Part shown: one piece after another, positions 48,042 to 58,368 of the stretch
How positions within the stretch are numbered: position 1 is the first letter of the stretch
Layout: each line of letters begins with the position of its first letter
Assembly (NCBI GenBank): GCA_963846575.1
Contig: CAWJWJ010000002.1
Location: forward strand, 992,001-1,056,000
DNA length: 64,000 bases
Source: an uncultured Nitrospiraceae bacterium
GTDB lineage: Bacteria; Nitrospirota; Nitrospiria; Nitrospirales; Nitrospiraceae
Direction: 5' to 3'
Program-made: the position numbers and the translations under genes
The notes under the pieces: model-generated
What the model saw: the letters and a program-made list of their open reading frames with translations, nothing else
The model's database searches: none
Told to the model about the DNA's origin: nothing

Positions 48042-48649
48042 TCCGCGCGTTTCTCGCAATCCAATTGTCCTCGGATTTGCGGGATGCTTTGGCCACGATT
48101 CAAGATGAAGTCAAACGGAGACTCGAGCCGGGGTGTGGTCGCCAGGTGAAGATCAATTGGGTTCGGCCTTCCTCAGCCCACCTCACCCTTAAATTCCTTG
48201 GCGACATTCCTCATGAATCGGTCGAACCCCTCCGTGCCATGATTGAGCAGGCTGTGGCTGGGCACCGGACCCTATCGATTCCCTGCACGCGGATCGGTGT
48301 CTTTCCGCGCCCGCAGCAACCGCGCGTGTTGTGGGTCGGACCGTCCGAGAGCTGGGAACAAGGTCAGGAGGGACAACGGCTCCTGTCCTTGCATTGCGCG
48401 ATTGAGGATAGTTGCGAGGCAGCGGGCTTCCAGTCGGAGGGGCGCCTGTTCACTGCCCACGTGACTCTTGCGCGAATCAAAGAAGGCGAGCGACAGGTCG
48501 GGCAGGCTTTGCTTCAGAGCGGCTTGCTGGATCGACCGACGGCAGCCAGCCTGCTTTCGGTATCCACGATTGTGCTGGTTAAAAGCGAACTCCGCCCGAC
48601 CGGGTCGGTCTATACGAATCTCTGGGAAGTCCGGATCGGCGACGCTTGA
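48038..48649 (+). CDS. thpR: RNA 2',3'-cyclic phosphodiesterase (2'-5' RNA ligase, 2H family)
   Basis: Two HxT motifs (HLTLKFLG, HVTLAR); ATGA overlap with cinA. Confidence 0.92.
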   Translation: MIRAFLAIQLSSDLRDALATIQDEVKRRLEPGCGRQVKINWVRPSSAHLTLKFLGDIPHESVEPLRAMIEQAVAGHRTLSIPCTRIGVFPRPQQPRVLWVGPSESWEQGQEGQRLLSLHCAIEDSCEAAGFQSEGRLFTAHVTLARIKEGERQVGQALLQSGLLDRPTAASLLSVSTIVLVKSELRPTGSVYTNLWEVRIGDA

Positions 48650-48865
48650 CCTGGGTCGGCTCAAGGTTTCCAGACGTAGGGACCAGGACTTTGTAAGGGA
48701 CAATGGGAGGTACAGGTACTAGAGGGGCGCGCGGGCGCGGGCTGTACGACACACCCTGACAATACACAGGCAAAGCGCACCCGAATGAGGACATTCCTGC
48801 GGCAAGGCGTCCGGGAACTGCCTCCGTATCGTCAGTGCGACATGAATCAATTCCATGTGTTCACC

Positions 48866-49120
48866 TTACCGCCCGGCCACACACTCCTGACTGGTCTCCA
48901 AATCGGCGAGTTCAGCAGCATCCTTCTGTTCCAGAGCCAGTTGGATTCCTGCATAGACCCTGGCCGCGGCGACGGACCAAGTGGGATTGAACGGCTCCCC
49001 TCGGAATGCCGCTTCGGCAGCCTTCCTCTCATCGTGAGTCAAGGCGCGTGGGCGTTCTGTTGGGAGGTCTTTCGCCGTGACCTCTTCGCTGATTTCATTG
49101 GCCCGTAATTCCTGTTCCAT
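48866..49120 (-). CDS. Small hypothetical protein
   Basis: 84-aa ORF with an AAGGAG RBS. Confidence 0.65.
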   Translation of the reverse strand: MEQELRANEISEEVTAKDLPTERPRALTHDERKAAEAAFRGEPFNPTWSVAAARVYAGIQLALEQKDAAELADLETSQECVAGR

Positions 49121-49513
49121 GAGGTATCTCCTTATGACTCGTCATCGTCCGCCTGGCGGATGATGCGGGTCATGTCAAGCCGAGGTTGACACTGGTTCGA
49201 GTCTCGTTCGCTCATGTCAGCATACCGCACGTTATGCGAATTGGGACAGTGCCAGGCTGTTATTCATCACATTGCCCGTCTCTCATGTTCCATTTTCCTA
49301 CACGTAACGGCCCGAGTGGTCTCGAAAAGCCCCTAGGGTGGCGGTAATTTGACCCTGGTGGTCCTTTTCAGTCCGCTAGGGTCCCGTTCACGTGACAACT
49401 ATCTGGAATTCCATCAATACAGGGCATTTGACCCGTCCGCACGCTTTCCGAAGCTGTGATGGCGATGTGGGGGAAGCCCACACTCGGGTCAAAAAGGAAT
49501 GATCGATTCCCCA

Positions 49514-50902
49514 TCAACCCGGGGTGTCTGCCGCCGGGGCGGGACCGGCGGGCTTTTCGTCTTTTCGGATGGTGCTCCTGAGAAGCACCCACCCCCCAAC
49601 TCCGGCCACAAGGGATGCCAGCAAGATGCTGATTTTGGCTAGCTCTAAGATCGCTCCTTCACCGAATGCCAAGTTCGCGATGAAGAGCGACATGGTGAAC
49701 CCCACGCCGGCCAGCATGGAGACGCCGAGGATGTGGCGCCACGACGTGTTGTCGGGCAGATCCGCGATGCCTAAGCGGACGCAGATCCATAGAGCGAGCA
49801 TGATGCCCGTCGGCTTCCCGATCAACAACCCCGCCAGGATGCCGAGAGAGGCTGCTTCCTGAAACAATGTCATCGGGTCGACGTGCAGCAGGACGCCAGC
49901 GTTAGCCAAGGCGAAGAGCGGCATGACGCCGAGTGACACCCAAGGTTGAAGCGCATGTTCCAGTCGCTGAAGAGGGGTTTGCGCGAGCGCGGTGGAGACT
50001 TCGAGCGCTTGTGAGGCGTCCGCTTTTTTTGGATCGGCGAGCACCCCGTCGCCCTCCGGATTCGACTGTCTCAGAGTGTCGAGAAAGTGTTGTCCTTTTT
50101 CGATCAGCTCCGAAGGGGTCAGCCGCGCCCGCGCCGGAATCGTCATGGCCGCCACGACACCGGCTACGGTCGCATGTACGCCGGAGAGAAGAAAGGCCAG
50201 CCAGAGGCCGCCAATGCCCAAAACCGAGTACACCAACGGGTGCCGGACGCCGGCAATATTTGCTCCCACCAGGGCGGCCAGGAAGCCCAGACCGACGGTC
50301 AAGCTCGTCAGTGAAATATCGGACGTATAGAACAATGCAATGACGAGCACGGCCCCAAGATCATCGGCGATAGCGAGACTGATCAGAAAAATCTTCAACG
50401 ACCAAGGTACTCGCTTGCCGAGCAGTGCCAGGATACCGACGGCGAATGCAATGTCGGTCGCCATTGGAATACCCCAGCCGGGCTGGGCGGCGCTGTTCCA
50501 ACTAAAGAAGAGGTAACAGGCCGCGGGGGCGACCATCCCCCCGACAGCTCCTGCGATGGGCAGAATCGCCTGCCGTGGCTTGGCCAATTCTCCGACGAGA
50601 AGTTCCCGTTTGATTTCCAGTCCGACCACGAAAAAGAACATGGCCATGAGCCCGTCGTTGATCCACAGCCGCATTGGTTTCGCGAGAATGAAGTCTCCGA
50701 TGCCGATGCTGACGGGAATCTGCCAGAGTTCGTGATAGGACTTGCTCCATGGGGAGTTCATCCATGCGAGGGCCACCACCGTAGAGAGCAGTAGAACGAT
50801 CCCACCCGCCGCTTCATTGTGAATGAAGGTCCGGATGGGTTCCAACGCCTTCTGGATTGGAGGGTTGATCTCGGAGCTGCTGGCATGCCTGAGCGAATCC
50901 AT
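49514..50902 (-). CDS. nhaA: Na+/H+ antiporter NhaA
   Basis: WINDGLM, GWGIPMATDIAF, LAIADD and GFTMSLFI motifs. Confidence 0.95.
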   Translation of the reverse strand: MDSLRHASSSEINPPIQKALEPIRTFIHNEAAGGIVLLLSTVVALAWMNSPWSKSYHELWQIPVSIGIGDFILAKPMRLWINDGLMAMFFFVVGLEIKRELLVGELAKPRQAILPIAGAVGGMVAPAACYLFFSWNSAAQPGWGIPMATDIAFAVGILALLGKRVPWSLKIFLISLAIADDLGAVLVIALFYTSDISLTSLTVGLGFLAALVGANIAGVRHPLVYSVLGIGGLWLAFLLSGVHATVAGVVAAMTIPARARLTPSELIEKGQHFLDTLRQSNPEGDGVLADPKKADASQALEVSTALAQTPLQRLEHALQPWVSLGVMPLFALANAGVLLHVDPMTLFQEAASLGILAGLLIGKPTGIMLALWICVRLGIADLPDNTSWRHILGVSMLAGVGFTMSLFIANLAFGEGAILELAKISILLASLVAGVGGWVLLRSTIRKDEKPAGPAPAADTPG

Positions 50903-51622
50903 ATCTCCTCAAAATGTACTGCTGACAGACCGAGACGTTCGGACCGACTGGTTCTCACGACGGGGCATGCTCGATGAGCCCGGGCCGATGTTCGTCGGCG
51001 AGTGGATCACAGGATGCGGACGGGGAGAGGGAAATCCATGAAAGCCGTCCACAATCCTCGTACTAGTAGATAGGCACAACTGCCTGCTGGATGCCTCGAT
51101 CACAGGTCGAGCCGAAGCTGTCCTATAACAGAGCGGAATCCGGGAGGACCAGGAACCCGCCAGGCATGTGAAACACCCTGACATATATTGCGGGACTCTC
51201 CCGCGCGGTCGCTACCAATGTGGGCTGCTCGCGGTGGTTTCCTGAGTAGACTCTGAGGTATCGGGCCTCTTTTGGTTCACCCACGGGCCGTTAGGGCAGT
51301 CGCGATCAAGGCGAGATATCCCATCATGTATCGATTCGAGAGCATGAGGGACGCGCTCCGGATGGTAGATGTGAAGTCGTCCAGAGACCGGCACTTATCC
51401 GGCTTCCTCAGAGACCTGCTGGTCATCGTGACGGGTCGTTTCCCTTGAATACTCTTCGTTCGCAGGCGCATCCTTGAAGGTCCGGACGCTCGCAGACAGC
51501 AGGGGATGCCCTGTCCGGCCACTTCAAGAATGCCCCTCTGCGACTCCATCCCAGGAATTCTGTGCTTCCCTCGCGGGACCACCCTCACAGGGTCCCTCTC
51601 CCGTTCACGATTAACAACGAGA

Positions 51623-52573
51623 TTATCTGTCCTGCTCGGCCCGCGAGACATCGATGACAGTATTGTTCGTATCGATCAACAGCGTTAAACTTTCGCCCTT
51701 TTTAAAGGCGCTCAGCCGATCCTCGACAAAGGGACGCACGGGATAAGTCCACTTGGTGCCTGCCGAAGTCTCGATCGTGATCTTGCCCTCCTCCAAAGGA
51801 TCGAAGACCATGCCATTGATCCTGGTATGGGGAGATTTGGGATTGGACATGCGTTGATACTCGTGCGTCGCCTGATCTACCGCTGCCTCGCTTCCAAACG
51901 TGACATCTACGATTTTTCCGGTCTCATCCGCCAGAAACACGGCATCCACTCCCACCGGCATTGAAGCCATTTTGCTACGCGCGAGGGGGCGCAATGAATA
52001 GTTCACCGTTTCTCCAGCCTTGGTCTTGATGACGACGTGTTCTTGCCCGACGGGCATCTGTTGGTCGATGACCCCGCGAATCACCTGATGATGTCCTTCA
52101 ATATGTCCGAGTGGGTGGAAGTCCACGAGCACATGTTGCGCATTAAACACCATCTTGATCTTGTCTCCCGCCTTGATCTCCAAGCCTTTTTCCTTCGCCT
52201 GCTCAAGAGGCAGGAATCGCGGCTGCAAGGAGTCAGGATAATCCACCTTGATCTGATCGCCCTTGATCGATTCCACGGTTCCGATAACTACCCGGCTGCC
52301 GGACAGGAGCTGCTGTCCTTCCGATTCCATAACAGGCCGGTACTGCCGGTCGGTCGAAGATACCGTGGCTAATTTTCCCACTTGCGCCTTGTCATAGGCT
52401 CGTCCATCAGCCTGCTGCCGAGAACCGCCTTGTGAAGCGGTACAGGCAGCCGTCAACGTCACGAGGAACCCCAGGCACAGGATCATCACGCGGCCTCGCG
52501 GGTTTGTTACCTCTCCATTACCAAACCAGTGACGCTCGTCGATCGCTCCTTTTGCAGGTCCCTTCCTGGTCAT
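51623..52573 (-). CDS. Putative lipoprotein with three small beta-barrel (OB-like) repeats
   Basis: Lipobox-like LTAAC, three internal repeats and an AGGAGG RBS. Confidence 0.75.
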   Translation of the reverse strand: MTRKGPAKGAIDERHWFGNGEVTNPRGRVMILCLGFLVTLTAACTASQGGSRQQADGRAYDKAQVGKLATVSSTDRQYRPVMESEGQQLLSGSRVVIGTVESIKGDQIKVDYPDSLQPRFLPLEQAKEKGLEIKAGDKIKMVFNAQHVLVDFHPLGHIEGHHQVIRGVIDQQMPVGQEHVVIKTKAGETVNYSLRPLARSKMASMPVGVDAVFLADETGKIVDVTFGSEAAVDQATHEYQRMSNPKSPHTRINGMVFDPLEEGKITIETSAGTKWTYPVRPFVEDRLSAFKKGESLTLLIDTNNTVIDVSRAEQDR

Positions 52574-52912
52574 ATTGCTCCTCCTTGTTTCCTCTGCTGA
52601 CTGAATCATGTTTGCTCGTCTGAATCGATTGGCCCAGCTGTGTTCAACGATGTATTTAACGTCTGATGACGCCCAAAATTCATTCTGTGCTGGATTGACA
52701 GAGTCTGGTACTAGGGAATTCCCGCAGAGCGGTCTCCTGCTCGCAGCTCCCTCTGCCGTGAGAGTTCTACAAGCGCTCTAGAGAGATTGCCAGTTCACGC
52801 GCCTCCCATCAAAAACTTAAAGTTTGAATCAGTAGGGGACGGAACGACCGGCGATTGACGGTCGTTCTCAGTTAGGGGGATTCGGACCTATCACCCAGAA
52901 AGGAGGAATGAC

Positions 52913-53374
52913 GTGAACACAGTGAGACAGATTCTCCAACCCAGGGGAGCCGTGATTGCGTGCGTCGCGCTAGGGAGCCTCGTCGTGGCCGGCCAGGTGG
53001 AAATGACACAAGGCGAGGAGGGTACGCGCCTTGGTGCGATGCAGTCAGGAACTTCCGACTATGAGGTCAAGTCGAGAATTGAGAAACGCCTGCGGCTCGA
53101 AGACGATGTTCAATGGAACGATTTGTCGATCCAGGTGCATGACGGTCGCGCGGTTATCCAGGGCATCGTCAGCACAGTGGAAGGCAAGGCTTTGGCAACC
53201 AAACTGGCCTCGACGGTGCCGGGTGTCACGCAACTGGAGAACCGCATCATTGTCGATCCTCGGTTGTTGCGTCCGGATCCGGAGGGGATCACTCATTCGC
53301 ATATCGAGACGACGAGTCGCGATCGTGTGCTCGAAGCGGCTGAGCCTTTGAAAGACCAACAGATCATGCCTTGA
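52913..53374 (+). CDS. Single BON-domain protein
   Basis: Signal/TM segment and DYEVKSRIE...V.DG...QG.V...VPGVTQLENRI; AGGAGG RBS. Confidence 0.88.
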   Translation: MNTVRQILQPRGAVIACVALGSLVVAGQVEMTQGEEGTRLGAMQSGTSDYEVKSRIEKRLRLEDDVQWNDLSIQVHDGRAVIQGIVSTVEGKALATKLASTVPGVTQLENRIIVDPRLLRPDPEGITHSHIETTSRDRVLEAAEPLKDQQIMP

Positions 53375-53403
53375 TCGAAGATGTTTTGCAATGGAGTTAC
53401 GTT

Positions 53404-54834
53404 ATGCAATGGAGATTAGACTGTCGTCCATCCATCATCGTGGCGTTTGCCGGAATACTCCCCACCTGTCTAATGGATGCCGGCCTCGCCTCGGCGCAAG
53501 ACCTTCGCGACCGTGACATTAATTTTGCCGTGGAGCGAAGCCTGTTTGGCGACAACATGATTTCGCATGACAGCATTGACGTGTCCACGACACGGGGAAT
53601 CGTCACCCTCACCGGGACGGTTCCGACCCTTTTCGCCACCGAGCAGGCCGTTCGTCACGCTCAGTCGATCAAGGGGGTTCGTGCAGTGGTGAATAATATG
53701 GAAGTGCGCAGCAGGCAGCGGACGGATGGAGAAGTGGCCCAGGATGTCTCGAAGGCCCTGGTGGTCGATCCCGCCACAGACTCGTTTGACTTGACCGCGA
53801 CCGCCTCGAACGGAGTGGTGACGCTTAAGGGCACGGTCCACTCCTGGGCCGAGAAAGAATTGGCCCAATCGGTGATCAAGGGAGTCAAAGGAGTCAAGGG
53901 CATCCGGAACGATGTCCAGGTAAACCCGAGGATGGACCGGGCCGATGATGAGATCAAAGCCGATATTGAACAGCGGTTCAGCAGCGACGTGTATCTGGTA
54001 GACGACGTCTTGGAGGTGGAGGTGAAGGAGCGGGTCGTCGCGCTCAGCGGGACCGTTGGGAGTGCGCTGGAGAAGTCGCGTGCGGCGACGCAGGCTTATG
54101 TGCTCGGCGTGAAGTCGGTCGACGATGAAAAAGTGACCGTCGAGACGGGCCACCGCGCGCGCCGCACGCAATATCCGGACAGGACGGATGCACAAATCAA
54201 GCGTGCCGTCAAAGATGCGTTCCTCTATGACCCGCACGTCTGGTCTTTCGAGCCGGAAGTCAGGGTGCATCAGGGCAGCGTCATGCTCTCGGGCATCGTT
54301 GGCAATCTAAAAGCCAAAATGGCGGCAGAAGAAGATGCCAACAACACGGTCGGAGTCAGAGTCGTCAAAAACTATCTCAAGGTCAGACCTTCTGTGCAGT
54401 CTTCGGATGAGAGCCTGGCGGCCGATGTCCGGTCGGCTTTGGGGCGCGACCCTTTCGTCGATCGCGACCAGATCACGGCGAGTTTGCAAGATGGCACGGT
54501 CTGGCTCTATGGGAGCGTGGACTCCTATGCCGAGAAATGGCACGCAGAGGATGTGGTTTCCGGCGTGAAGGGCGTCACGGCAGTGAAGAATCATCTTGCC
54601 GTGCAAAACGATTGGACGTGGGCACGCGACTGGGAAATCCAGGCGGAGATCGAAGACGAATTGTGGTGGAGCCCGTTTGTCAATGAGGAGCAGGTGCGGG
54701 TTTCGGTGGTCGATGGTATTGCCACGTTGAAGGGCACCGTCGATAGCTGGTGGGAGCGAAAGATGGCCGCTGAGAATGCGTTCGAAGGCGGGGCCAAGAG
54801 CGTCCGGAACCATCTCGCGGTGGCTGCTAATTGA
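53404..54834 (+). CDS. Multi-BON (six-repeat, OsmY-like) exported protein
   Basis: Signal peptide and six repeats of the type D..I...V.L.G.V...A....GV..V.N. Confidence 0.92.
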   Translation: MQWRLDCRPSIIVAFAGILPTCLMDAGLASAQDLRDRDINFAVERSLFGDNMISHDSIDVSTTRGIVTLTGTVPTLFATEQAVRHAQSIKGVRAVVNNMEVRSRQRTDGEVAQDVSKALVVDPATDSFDLTATASNGVVTLKGTVHSWAEKELAQSVIKGVKGVKGIRNDVQVNPRMDRADDEIKADIEQRFSSDVYLVDDVLEVEVKERVVALSGTVGSALEKSRAATQAYVLGVKSVDDEKVTVETGHRARRTQYPDRTDAQIKRAVKDAFLYDPHVWSFEPEVRVHQGSVMLSGIVGNLKAKMAAEEDANNTVGVRVVKNYLKVRPSVQSSDESLAADVRSALGRDPFVDRDQITASLQDGTVWLYGSVDSYAEKWHAEDVVSGVKGVTAVKNHLAVQNDWTWARDWEIQAEIEDELWWSPFVNEEQVRVSVVDGIATLKGTVDSWWERKMAAENAFEGGAKSVRNHLAVAAN

Positions 54835-54954
54835 TACGTAGGGTGAACATTTCTCCGAGTGTGTGGATGGGCAGGGAATACATCCTATGCGGTAGGGCAC
54901 AGCCCTATTTCGACAATCGCAATACACACGCACTAGACAAAGGAGGGACAAGCC

Positions 54955-55830
54955 ATGAAATTAGTCAATGCCGGCACTCGATTCGGGGCAGGAGTCTTAC
55001 TGTTGTGCGGCAGCGCAGCGGTCAATATGGGAGACCTTTCGGCGGAAGCACAGGCCGCTCCATGGTTGGCGCCGGCTGCAGATGAACATGTGACGGCTCA
55101 GTGGGTGCAGGACGTGGCACAAGAGCTGAGCCGGGAGCGAAACCGGCAGGTTCTGATTAACACTCCGTCCGGACATCCGCAAGCGACGATTCTCGGGTAT
55201 TTGAATGATGCGGCGGACGCCCTGGAGGCGCATCAGGAACGGTCTGCCAAGGACCTGATTCGTCGGGCTCTTGGGGTCCTGGAAGAAGGCGTGGAATACG
55301 GATGGCTTTCCGACTCGGATATCAGACCGATCAAGCGCACTATCTTGTCCAGTTTTAACCGGGCCATGCGGGACGGTATGAAGGGCCAGGCGGACCAGGG
55401 TGATGACCCAGCAGCGAGCAGGACAGGAGAACGTTGGACCGGTTACACGCAAAACCGACCGTTAGGGTTGACCGAGCGTTTGGACGTCGACCGGCGCTCA
55501 CGACAAGGGGGCCAGCGGAGCCAAGCGTCATACGAGGGACGGTCTGACGACCGCGACCGACAGCGAGAAAACGACCGGAGTCGTGGCCGCGATCACCAAG
55601 CGCGAGGTGAGCGCGGCGGGACCTCCCGTTACTATACCGACGACTTCTATTATCCCGACGACGCCGCCAGGCCATCACGCCAAGGGGATGGCCGTCGAGA
55701 GGCCACCGATCCCAGAATCTCGCAGGACCGGGCCCAGCATCAACGAGGCCGGGATCGCTTCTACCAGGATGGCGAGCAGGCGAATGAGGGTCCCTATGAT
55801 GGCGAACGGCAGCGAGGAGACAGAGGATAA
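54955..55830 (+). CDS. Exported hypothetical protein with R/D/G/Q-rich low-complexity C-terminus
   Basis: Signal peptide, AGGAGG RBS, helical N-half and hydrophilic tail. Confidence 0.75.
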   Translation: MKLVNAGTRFGAGVLLLCGSAAVNMGDLSAEAQAAPWLAPAADEHVTAQWVQDVAQELSRERNRQVLINTPSGHPQATILGYLNDAADALEAHQERSAKDLIRRALGVLEEGVEYGWLSDSDIRPIKRTILSSFNRAMRDGMKGQADQGDDPAASRTGERWTGYTQNRPLGLTERLDVDRRSRQGGQRSQASYEGRSDDRDRQRENDRSRGRDHQARGERGGTSRYYTDDFYYPDDAARPSRQGDGRREATDPRISQDRAQHQRGRDRFYQDGEQANEGPYDGERQRGDRG

Positions 55831-55858
55831 ACCATCCAATTGAGAGGAGGATTGTGAG

Positions 55859-56281
55859 ATGGAAGCACCACATACGTATGTACTGGGCCTCTCGGTGATG
55901 ACTCTGTGGCTTACCACTTCGGTGTTCGGGGGCCAGACGACAGCAGTCGCCGGCGGGCAGGAGCAGACGAAGAACATGTCCGCCATGACGACTCAGGAGA
56001 TCAAGCCGATGGTGAGCGAAGCTATTACCCATGCGAAGAAGGCCGTTGATGCCGGACAGCAAGGCGATGCCATGGCCCTTGTCAGCCATGCGGAAAAGGC
56101 GATGGCGAAAGCAAAACAGGCTCAGTCGGCCGGGCTCAATGAATATCTCAATGAAGGCGCGTATGAGTTGGGGGAGGCCATCGAACATGGGCAGAAGCAG
56201 GAGACGAAGGATGCCACTGAGCATATGAGGCATGCCATCATGCGACTGTCGCAGGCGGCTGACATCCAGATGCCCAACTAG
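55859..56281 (+). CDS. smbP: Small metal-binding protein SmbP family
   Basis: Signal peptide and periodic His/Ala helices EAITHAKKA..G..GDA.ALVSHAEKA...EAIEHG...ATEH..HA. Confidence 0.8.
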   Translation: MEAPHTYVLGLSVMTLWLTTSVFGGQTTAVAGGQEQTKNMSAMTTQEIKPMVSEAITHAKKAVDAGQQGDAMALVSHAEKAMAKAKQAQSAGLNEYLNEGAYELGEAIEHGQKQETKDATEHMRHAIMRLSQAADIQMPN

Positions 56282-56372
56282 CGTTGCCGATGGCTATCGG
56301 CCTGACCGGTGCGGACACCTGATGCGCACCTTAATAGAACCGACAATGTCAGGCCCAGAAAGCAGGCCGGTC

Positions 56373-56398
56373 GGGGGCACGTCGAAAGACGTGTCCCC
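56373..56398 (+). terminator. GC-rich stem-loop downstream of smbP (terminator-like, no U tract)
   Basis: GGGGGCACGTC-GAAA-GACGTGTCCCC forms an 11-bp stem. Confidence 0.45.
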
Positions 56399-56775
56399 CG
56401 CCGCTATTCACCCCGTTTTCCTCATCACTGGAACCCTCACATCGCTATGGTCGGATCAGAGTCACCGGATAGTCCCGCCAGGGACTGAGGGGTTCATCTA
56501 GTCGGCTGGGGCACAGGGTTATACAGTAAGCCTGAACGATGCAGGTTATTCCTGGTGTGTTCCTTTTTCACGCGTGAGTTCATGAGCCTCCGGCGGCGGG
56601 TTTCCGTTTGCGGCCCTCGTCGAGGCGTGTTACTGTTCGACCGGCCCGGCGTGAGCGCCGGGAGAACGCGGACTGAAAGGGCCGGCTGGCCTGATCGACC
56701 TGAAGCGATAACGTGCGAGGGCCTGTCTGGCCTCCTGTCTCAGGGGCGTCGGGACCGAAGAGAGGGATGGTAAAC

Positions 56776-56988
56776 ATGGCACGTCGGCCGACTATTGTTT
56801 ATTGGTCATGGGTATTTCTGGCCCTGGCGGTTGTGGCCGGCGTCCTGGCTTTGTCCGGGGTGGCCGGTGCCACAGGATTTTCCTACGTGTTGTTCATCCT
56901 GTTCTTTGTGGCATATCTTGTGAGTTTCTTTGTGGGACGTAGACCGCCACCGATAGCCTGTCTCTTGTTTCTCCTGGGCATTGCCTGA
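56776..56988 (+). CDS. DUF1328/UPF0391 small membrane protein
   Basis: YWSWVFLALAVVAGVL.LSGVAG...LFILF pattern; start uncertain. Confidence 0.7.
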   Translation: MARRPTIVYWSWVFLALAVVAGVLALSGVAGATGFSYVLFILFFVAYLVSFFVGRRPPPIACLLFLLGIA

Positions 56989-57255
56989 GCCGGTACGCCA
57001 CGGCTTCGTCAAGCTGGGTGAGGCGAACTGAAGTTTTCAAAACGCGTCATGACCTGGCGCCTTCCTGCATGGGCGCGCCGCAACGCGGACTAGGTTTCTC
57101 CATTCAGACTCCGGTATAATCCACAATTCGCTTTGTTTCCCTAGCCTGGGCCCGCGCTCAGTTCCCGACGGTCAACTCATGACCGGATGGTGCGTTGTCT
57201 TCCCCGGCGGAGACGAGTGACGCCTCACGAGGCCTGCTTCCATAAGGAGTTTGGA

Positions 57256-58368
57256 ATGACTGAAAAAGACGAGAAAAAGCGCGCGCTGGACCTGGCTTTG
57301 GCTCAAATCGAGAAGCAGTACGGCAAGGGCGCGGTGATGAAATTGGGGTCCGAAGATCGCGCGGCCGATGTCCCTGCGATTTCAAGCGGCTCGCTGGGTC
57401 TGGACATCGCACTGGGGGTGGGTGGATTTCCTCGCGGCCGCGTCCTCGAGATCTTCGGTCCGGAATCGTCGGGGAAGACAACCCTGACGCTGCATGCCAT
57501 CGCGGAGGCCCAAAAGGCTGGCGGAGTGGCGGCTTTTATCGATGCCGAACATGCGCTGGATCTGACCTATGCGAAGAAGCTGGGCGTGCAGACGGACGAT
57601 CTGCTTGTGTCCCAGCCGGATACCGGAGAGCAGGCATTGGAAATCGCTGAAACACTGGTCCGCAGCGGCGCGATCGACGTCATTGTCGTCGACTCCGTGG
57701 CGGCTCTGGTCCCGCGTGCGGAGATCGAAGGCGAGATGGGTGACGCCCATATGGGACTTCAGGCGCGGCTGATGTCGCAGGCGCTTCGCAAATTGACGGC
57801 GGCCATTTCCAAGTCCCAGACGACCCTGATTTTCATCAATCAGATCAGGATGAAGATCGGCGTGATGTTCGGCAATCCGGAAACGACGACGGGCGGCAAT
57901 GCATTGAAATTCTATTCGTCCGTGCGGTTGGACATCCGTCGTATCGAATCGATTAAGGATGGACAGGATGTGACGGGCAGTCGCGTCCGGGTCAAGGTGG
58001 TCAAGAACAAGATGGCGCCGCCGTTCAAACAGGCGGAATTCGACATTATGTTTGCGGAAGGCATTTCTAAAGCCGGTGAGTTGGTGGATATGGGCGTCGA
58101 CAAACGCGTGGTGGAAAAGGCCGGCGCCTGGTATTCCTACAAAGGCGAGAGACTGGGCCAGGGGCGCGAAGCGGTTCGCGATTTTCTGAAGACCAACCCT
58201 GCGATTGCGAAGGAGATCGAGGGGAAAGTTCGCGACCTGGCCGGACTGCCATCCCGAGCAACCGAGAAAAAGGGCGACGTGAAGGAAGCCAAGGACGAGA
58301 AGCCCGAACGGAAGCCGGAAGGACGCCAGGAAGAAAAACGCAGCCACGGTGCCAGAGTCACGAGCTAG
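57256..58368 (+). CDS. recA: Recombinase RecA
   Basis: [22 protein letters not shown] and [10 protein letters not shown] motifs; AAGGAG RBS; upstream TATAAT at 57115. Confidence 0.99.
   Translation: MTEKDEKKRALDLALAQIEKQYGKGAVMKLGSEDRAADVPAISSGSLGLDIALGVGGFPRGRVLEIFGPESSGKTTLTLHAIAEAQKAGGVAAFIDAEHALDLTYAKKLGVQTDDLLVSQPDTGEQALEIAETLVRSGAIDVIVVDSVAALVPRAEIEGEMGDAHMGLQARLMSQALRKLTAAISKSQTTLIFINQIRMKIGVMFGNPETTTGGNALKFYSSVRLDIRRIESIKDGQDVTGSRVRVKVVKNKMAPPFKQAEFDIMFAEGISKAGELVDMGVDKRVVEKAGAWYSYKGERLGQGREAVRDFLKTNPAIAKEIEGKVRDLAGLPSRATEKKGDVKEAKDEKPERKPEGRQEEKRSHGARVTS

Noticed and set aside
56776..56988. DUF1328 gene as a pseudogene (odd N- and C-terminal extensions)
   Set aside because: The frame is intact; the extensions cannot be judged without orthologues.
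48647..57057. TGACCTGG at 48647-48654 and 57050-57057 as an att site or target-site duplication of the stress block
   Set aside because: Only 8 bp, expected by chance over such intervals, and no recombinase is present.
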